A stretch of DNA of 64,000 nt from an uncultured Pelagibacteraceae bacterium (GTDB lineage: Bacteria; Pseudomonadota; Alphaproteobacteria; Pelagibacterales; Pelagibacteraceae): the NCBI GenBank assembly GCA_902635515.1, contig CACPOD010000003.1, positions 33,669-97,668 on the forward strand. The letters run 5' to 3'. The translations under genes were made by a program, and so were the position numbers. This document shows, piece by piece, positions 59,752 through 64,000 of the stretch (position 1 is the stretch's first letter; each line of letters opens with the position of its first letter). The notes under the pieces were generated by a model that was given only the letters and a program-made list of their open reading frames with translations, had not been told where the DNA came from and made no database searches.

Positions 59752-60942
59752 ATGCAATTAGCTAGATTTTTAAATAATGTTTTTAAAAAAGACGGATTTA
59801 TATTAGTTGACGCTAATTCAAAAAGTTACATTATTGGAAATCCAAAAAGTGAAAACCCTATAAAAGTTAAAATTTTAAATAAAAATCTTCATTATAAGTT
59901 ACTATTTCATCCAGATTTATATTTTGGCGAAGCATACACAGATGGCGAAATAACTATTGAAAATGGAACATTAACTGATTTCTTGGATCTTTCTTTGATG
60001 AACTTTGGAAGAGGAGACTTAAATTTTTTTAGTTATTTGCTTAATAGATTAAGAGGTTCTTATAGATATTTAACTAATTTTAATTTTATAAAAAAATCTA
60101 AGATGAATGTCTCTCATCACTATGATATTTCAGATGATCTTTATGACTTGTTTTTAGATCCTAAAAGACAATATTCATGTGCATATTTTAAAAATGAAAC
60201 AGATACATTGGAAACTGCTCAAAATAATAAAATTCAACACATAATAAAAAAGCTTAACATCAAACCAAATCAAAAAGTTTTAGATATTGGATGTGGATGG
60301 GGTTCTCTAGCAATAGATATTGCAAAAAGTGCAAACTGCGAAGTAACAGGCATTACACTTTCAGAAAATCAATTTAATTACTGCAAGAAAAGAGCAAAAG
60401 AACTTAATTTAGAAAATCAATTAAACTTTAAGTTAATGGATTATAGAGAACTCAATGAAAAATTTGATAGAATAGTCAGTGTTGGAATGTTTGAACATGT
60501 AGGAAGAAAATTTTATAAAAAATTTTTTTCACAAGTTGAAAAACTTTTAAAAGATGATGGGGTATCATTAATTCATACTATAGGATCAGTTAATCCACCA
60601 AGAGATCCACATCCTTGGATCACTAAGTATATTTTTCCAGGAGGTTATACTCCTAGTTTAAGTGAAGTAACAACACCGATTGAAAAAGCAGGCTTAATCG
60701 TTGCAGATATTGAGGTTTTAAGACTTCATTACTCACATACACTAAGACATTGGAAAGAAAATTGCATTCGAAATAAAGATAAAATAATTCAAATGTTCGA
60801 TGAAAGATTTTTTAGGATGTGGGAATTTTATCTCGCTGGTTGTGAGATGGCATTTAAATGGGGTGATCAAGTTGTATATCAATTTCAATTAACAAAGAAT
60901 TATTCTTCTACACCTGTTACAAGAGACTATATTTATCAATAA
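59752..60942 (+). CDS. cfa: Cyclopropane-fatty-acyl-phospholipid synthase family methyltransferase
   Basis: HHYDIS, QYSCAYF, LDIGCGWG, SVGMFEHVG, KYIFPGG, RMWEFYL. Confidence 0.92.
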   Translation: MQLARFLNNVFKKDGFILVDANSKSYIIGNPKSENPIKVKILNKNLHYKLLFHPDLYFGEAYTDGEITIENGTLTDFLDLSLMNFGRGDLNFFSYLLNRLRGSYRYLTNFNFIKKSKMNVSHHYDISDDLYDLFLDPKRQYSCAYFKNETDTLETAQNNKIQHIIKKLNIKPNQKVLDIGCGWGSLAIDIAKSANCEVTGITLSENQFNYCKKRAKELNLENQLNFKLMDYRELNEKFDRIVSVGMFEHVGRKFYKKFFSQVEKLLKDDGVSLIHTIGSVNPPRDPHPWITKYIFPGGYTPSLSEVTTPIEKAGLIVADIEVLRLHYSHTLRHWKENCIRNKDKIIQMFDERFFRMWEFYLAGCEMAFKWGDQVVYQFQLTKNYSSTPVTRDYIYQ

Positions 60943-60970
60943 ATAATTGGTAGAAATTAACTCTCTTAAA

Positions 60971-62197
60971 ATGAAAAAAAAGAAAAAAAAAATAAAAAAA
61001 AGTATTTCTAAAAATCAAAGAAAAACCAAAAAAAGAGTTAATAAAATATCTAAAAAGACAAATAAATTTAAGATTAAAAATAAATCTGTAAAAAAAATTA
61101 ATAATCGAAGAAAACAAAAAAATAAAAATCAAAAAAAATCAAAAAAAACAAAACAATCAAAAAAAATTTTAAAAAAAACTAAATCTACTGTACAAAAGAA
61201 ACCAGATTTTCTTTTAAAAGTAGTTAACTTTCAAAATTCTTTAAAACCTGAATTTAAGTTTAGATTAAATTTTGGTTTTGAAAAATATATCCAAGCATTT
61301 TTTGATAAAATAGCAGACACAATTTCACAGTATAAAATTCTAAAAAAAGATGAAGCAAGAAGGTTAAAATTAGAAAAACAAGAAAAAGAACGATCAGAAA
61401 AGATTGAAGCTGCAAAAGAAAAGCAAAAAGAGGCTGAATTAAAAGTTAAATTAAAAGAACAAGCCTTAAAAGATGAAATTAGATTAGAAAAACAAAGAAC
61501 AAAAGAAATAAAATTGTTCTTAAGAAGAGAACAAGCTCTTTTAAGAATTGAACAAGCAGAAAAACAAAAGCAATTTTTACAACAATTAAAATTAGATAAG
61601 CAAATTGAAAAGTTTAGAGTTAGAGAGGTTAAAGAATTAGAGAAATTGGAAAAAATTTCTTTAAAAGAAAAGAGAGAGGATTATGCTGGCTTACAACAAA
61701 GAATAGAAAAATTAAAAGAAAAATATCGAATTATTAGAGATCAAAAGATTAGAGAAAGAGTAGAGGCTTTAGGAGTTAAAATTCAAGGAGATGAAGATAG
61801 AGAAACACTTTTACAAAAAGAAAAAGAATATACTTTAGCTAGACAAAAAATTGAGTTTGCTCTCGAAAGTTTTTACAGAAGTGCTAGTAGCTTAGTATTT
61901 CAATTAAACAAAAGACACATAACAAGACATATGTCCATCTTTAGATGTATAGACAGAAGATTTGAAACAGGAGAAATATTTGTTAAATGGGATGAAGCCT
62001 CAGATGATGAATGGCTTTTGTTAATTTATATAAAAAATAACTCACCAGATGAAGGAATAGTTATTGAAGACAAAACCAATCCGGAAAAAAATATTTCTCA
62101 TGAGTTTAAAAATAATGAAATATTTAAGGCCTCAGATACCATGGTTGATGCTCTTACGCAGTTAATCGCAAGAAAAAGAGCCAAAAATATCAATTAA
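60971..62197 (+). CDS. Hypothetical protein: Lys-rich N-terminus, long charged helix, globular C-terminus
   Basis: Long ORF downstream of cfa; start uncertain (TTG 60947 or ATG 60971). Confidence 0.75.
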   Translation: MKKKKKKIKKSISKNQRKTKKRVNKISKKTNKFKIKNKSVKKINNRRKQKNKNQKKSKKTKQSKKILKKTKSTVQKKPDFLLKVVNFQNSLKPEFKFRLNFGFEKYIQAFFDKIADTISQYKILKKDEARRLKLEKQEKERSEKIEAAKEKQKEAELKVKLKEQALKDEIRLEKQRTKEIKLFLRREQALLRIEQAEKQKQFLQQLKLDKQIEKFRVREVKELEKLEKISLKEKREDYAGLQQRIEKLKEKYRIIRDQKIRERVEALGVKIQGDEDRETLLQKEKEYTLARQKIEFALESFYRSASSLVFQLNKRHITRHMSIFRCIDRRFETGEIFVKWDEASDDEWLLLIYIKNNSPDEGIVIEDKTNPEKNISHEFKNNEIFKASDTMVDALTQLIARKRAKNIN

Positions 62198-62227
62198 ATT
62201 ATACTGGATAATTAAGTATCATTAAGA

Positions 62228-62521
62228 ATGTTACTTTCTTCAATACTAATGATTATTTTGTATCTAGGATTAAAATATGTTCTTGCATGGATAAGGTATT
62301 TTAACAGTCTCGACTCTAGATTAGGCCAATCTACCTGGCGATGGAGTTATGATTATCCCGTAGTTGGTGAAAGAGACATTTCAGATCTAGATGATAAAAC
62401 TTTTGTTAGACTGAGGAGAAAAAGAAATAGAGTTATAACTCTTATGTATTCAATTTTATTAATTATGTTTTTATTATCTATGTCTTTACTTAGTGAATTT
62501 TTAATATTTTTTTTAACTTAG
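62228..62521 (+). CDS. Hypothetical two-TM membrane protein
   Basis: Hydrophobic ends flanking a Trp/Tyr/Asp-rich loop; ATG start. Confidence 0.65.
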   Translation: MLLSSILMIILYLGLKYVLAWIRYFNSLDSRLGQSTWRWSYDYPVVGERDISDLDDKTFVRLRRKRNRVITLMYSILLIMFLLSMSLLSEFLIFFLT

Positions 62522-62866
62522 TTTTTTAAGTTGTTTTTTATTTTTTAAATATAAAAAAAAGGCAATTATTTCATACCCATATTTAAAGATTGTGAAAATT
62601 ATCGGTAGTTTGAAAAATTTATATAAAAATTTATATTTTGGAATTTTTTTCCAAACATAAAGAAATGCCTCTGCACCTTGAATAATTTTACCATTTTCCT
62701 TAACATGTAATCTTCTTAATAATTCTTTATCATTTCTAGATGTTTCTTTTTCAGCATCTGAGTTATTTGTTATATCTATCCAGTCAATATCTTTGATATT
62801 TTCTTTTTTATATAAGTTAATTTCTGATCTACAGATTTTACAAGAGTTATTAAAAAATACTTTCAT
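62513..62866 (-). CDS. DUF393 / DCC-family thiol-disulfide oxidoreductase-like protein
   Basis: N-terminal CKIC, RRLHV, GAEAF..VW. Confidence 0.85.
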   Translation of the reverse strand: MKVFFNNSCKICRSEINLYKKENIKDIDWIDITNNSDAEKETSRNDKELLRRLHVKENGKIIQGAEAFLYVWKKIPKYKFLYKFFKLPIIFTIFKYGYEIIAFFLYLKNKKQLKKLS

Positions 62867-62951
62867 TTAACAATAATTAACTTTTAATAATTTATTGTAC
62901 ATGCGTAAAATGATCAGTTGAAAATTATCAACAAACCACTATTTAAGATGA

Positions 62952-64000
62952 ATGAATAATTTCTTTAACAAATCTGATTTAACAAGACAAGATGCAGATA
63001 AAATAGTGTCTGAAACACTAAATAATTGTGATGATGGTGAGCTTTATTTAGAGGAGTCCAAATCAGAGTCAATTTTGTTAGATGACAATAAAATAAAAAG
63101 CTCAAACTATAGTTCTGATTTAGGATTTGGTTTCAGAGCTATTTCAGATGAGGTTGTTGCCTATTCTTATTCAAATGAAATATCAAAAGATTCACTAAAA
63201 AATTCTTCAGAAAACCTTAAATCGACTCTTAAATCAATTAAAGGCACATATAATCATGAAATTCCAAAATCTAATAAAAAATTTTATGAAGATATTAATC
63301 CAATTGAACAAAAAACTTTAGACTCGAAATTAGAAGTTTTAAATAAAGTAAATGATTTTTTAAGAAAAAAAGATGGATCAGTAAAACAAGTGACTGCTAG
63401 TTTTGCTGGAGAGCAAAAATCAATTGAAATTATTCGATCAGGTGGAGAAGCGCTCACCGATGTACGTCCATTAATTAGATTTAATGTCTCTGTAATGTTG
63501 GAAAAAAATGGAAGAAAAGAAACGGGAGTATATGGAATTGGTGGCAGACAATCTTATGATGATTATTTAAAAAATGATAATTGGAAAAATGTTTGTGAAG
63601 AGGCTTTTAGAATTGCATCAGTAAATTTAGAAAGCAAACCAGCACCTGCAGGTGAGATGAAAGTAGTCTTAGGACCTGGTTGGCCTGCCATATTAATTCA
63701 TGAAGCAATTGGTCATGGTCTAGAAGGAGATTTTAATAGAAAAAAAACATCAGCCTTTCACGATCTTATGGGAGAAAAAGTTGCAAGTGAGGGAGTAACA
63801 ATTGTTGATGATGGTACCATAGATAATAGAAGAGGTAGTTTAACTATTGATGATGAGGGAACGCCAACTGAGCGAACAGTTTTAATTGAAAATGGTATTC
63901 TTAAAAATTTTATGCAAGACAGGCACAATGCAAGATTAATGAATACAAGATCTACTGGATCTGGAAGAAGAGAAAATTATAGACATATTGTTTTGCCAAG
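62952..64000 (+). CDS. tldD: Metalloprotease TldD (partial, runs off the window end)
   Basis: Manual translation MNNFFNKSDL..DDGELYLE; PAPAGEM, HEAIGHGLEGDFNRK, DDEGTP. Confidence 0.95.
   Translation, partial: MNNFFNKSDLTRQDADKIVSETLNNCDDGELYLEESKSESILLDDNKIKSSNYSSDLGFGFRAISDEVVAYSYSNEISKDSLKNSSENLKSTLKSIKGTYNHEIPKSNKKFYEDINPIEQKTLDSKLEVLNKVNDFLRKKDGSVKQVTASFAGEQKSIEIIRSGGEALTDVRPLIRFNVSVMLEKNGRKETGVYGIGGRQSYDDYLKNDNWKNVCEEAFRIASVNLESKPAPAGEMKVVLGPGWPAILIHEAIGHGLEGDFNRKKTSAFHDLMGEKVASEGVTIVDDGTIDNRRGSLTIDDEGTPTERTVLIENGILKNFMQDRHNARLMNTRSTGSGRRENYRHIVLP

Noticed and set aside
60971-61200. Poly-A-rich tract as a repeat array or phase-variation site
   Set aside because: No regular unit; explained by AAA Lys codons in an open frame

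Overview
Very AT-rich, tightly packed alphaproteobacterial chromosomal DNA with overlapping or abutting genes, Lys/Asn-rich proteins and few Shine-Dalgarno sites. Gene content and style point to Candidatus Pelagibacter (SAR11); this is an inference, not a database result. Most of the window is core genome: nadD-proA-proB-obgE-rpmA-rplU, metX-metW-gloB under a SAM-II riboswitch, hisC-tyrA, trkH-ampG-NlpC/P60, class I lysS-pyrD, rpmB-yhhQ, a polyamine operon (decarboxylase, deoxyhypusine-synthase-like enzyme, ureohydrolase), regA, bioY, polA, chvI-chvG, ahcY-tsaE-amgK-murU, an RND pump, ibpA with a sigma32 promoter and ROSE-like thermometer, ptrB, cfa and tldD. A ~16 kb purine uptake, salvage and degradation cluster (38.2-54.7 kb) holds xdhAB, guanine deaminase, puuD, uraH, uraD, puuE, alc, allA, a PRTase, a BMP-type ABC transporter, a second deaminase and an NCS2 permease, with no local regulator and no xdhC. 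Best leads: (1) PuuD lacks its usual C-terminal cytochrome c while a free monoheme cytochrome c sits at the cluster edge (possible split urate oxidase); (2) a candidate leader peptide plus attenuator hairpin, with a possible +1 frameshift, upstream of the polyamine operon; (3) an RND adaptor with no alpha-hairpin; (4) structured leaders and apparently leaderless promoters. No rRNA, tRNA, CRISPR, IS or phage features were seen.
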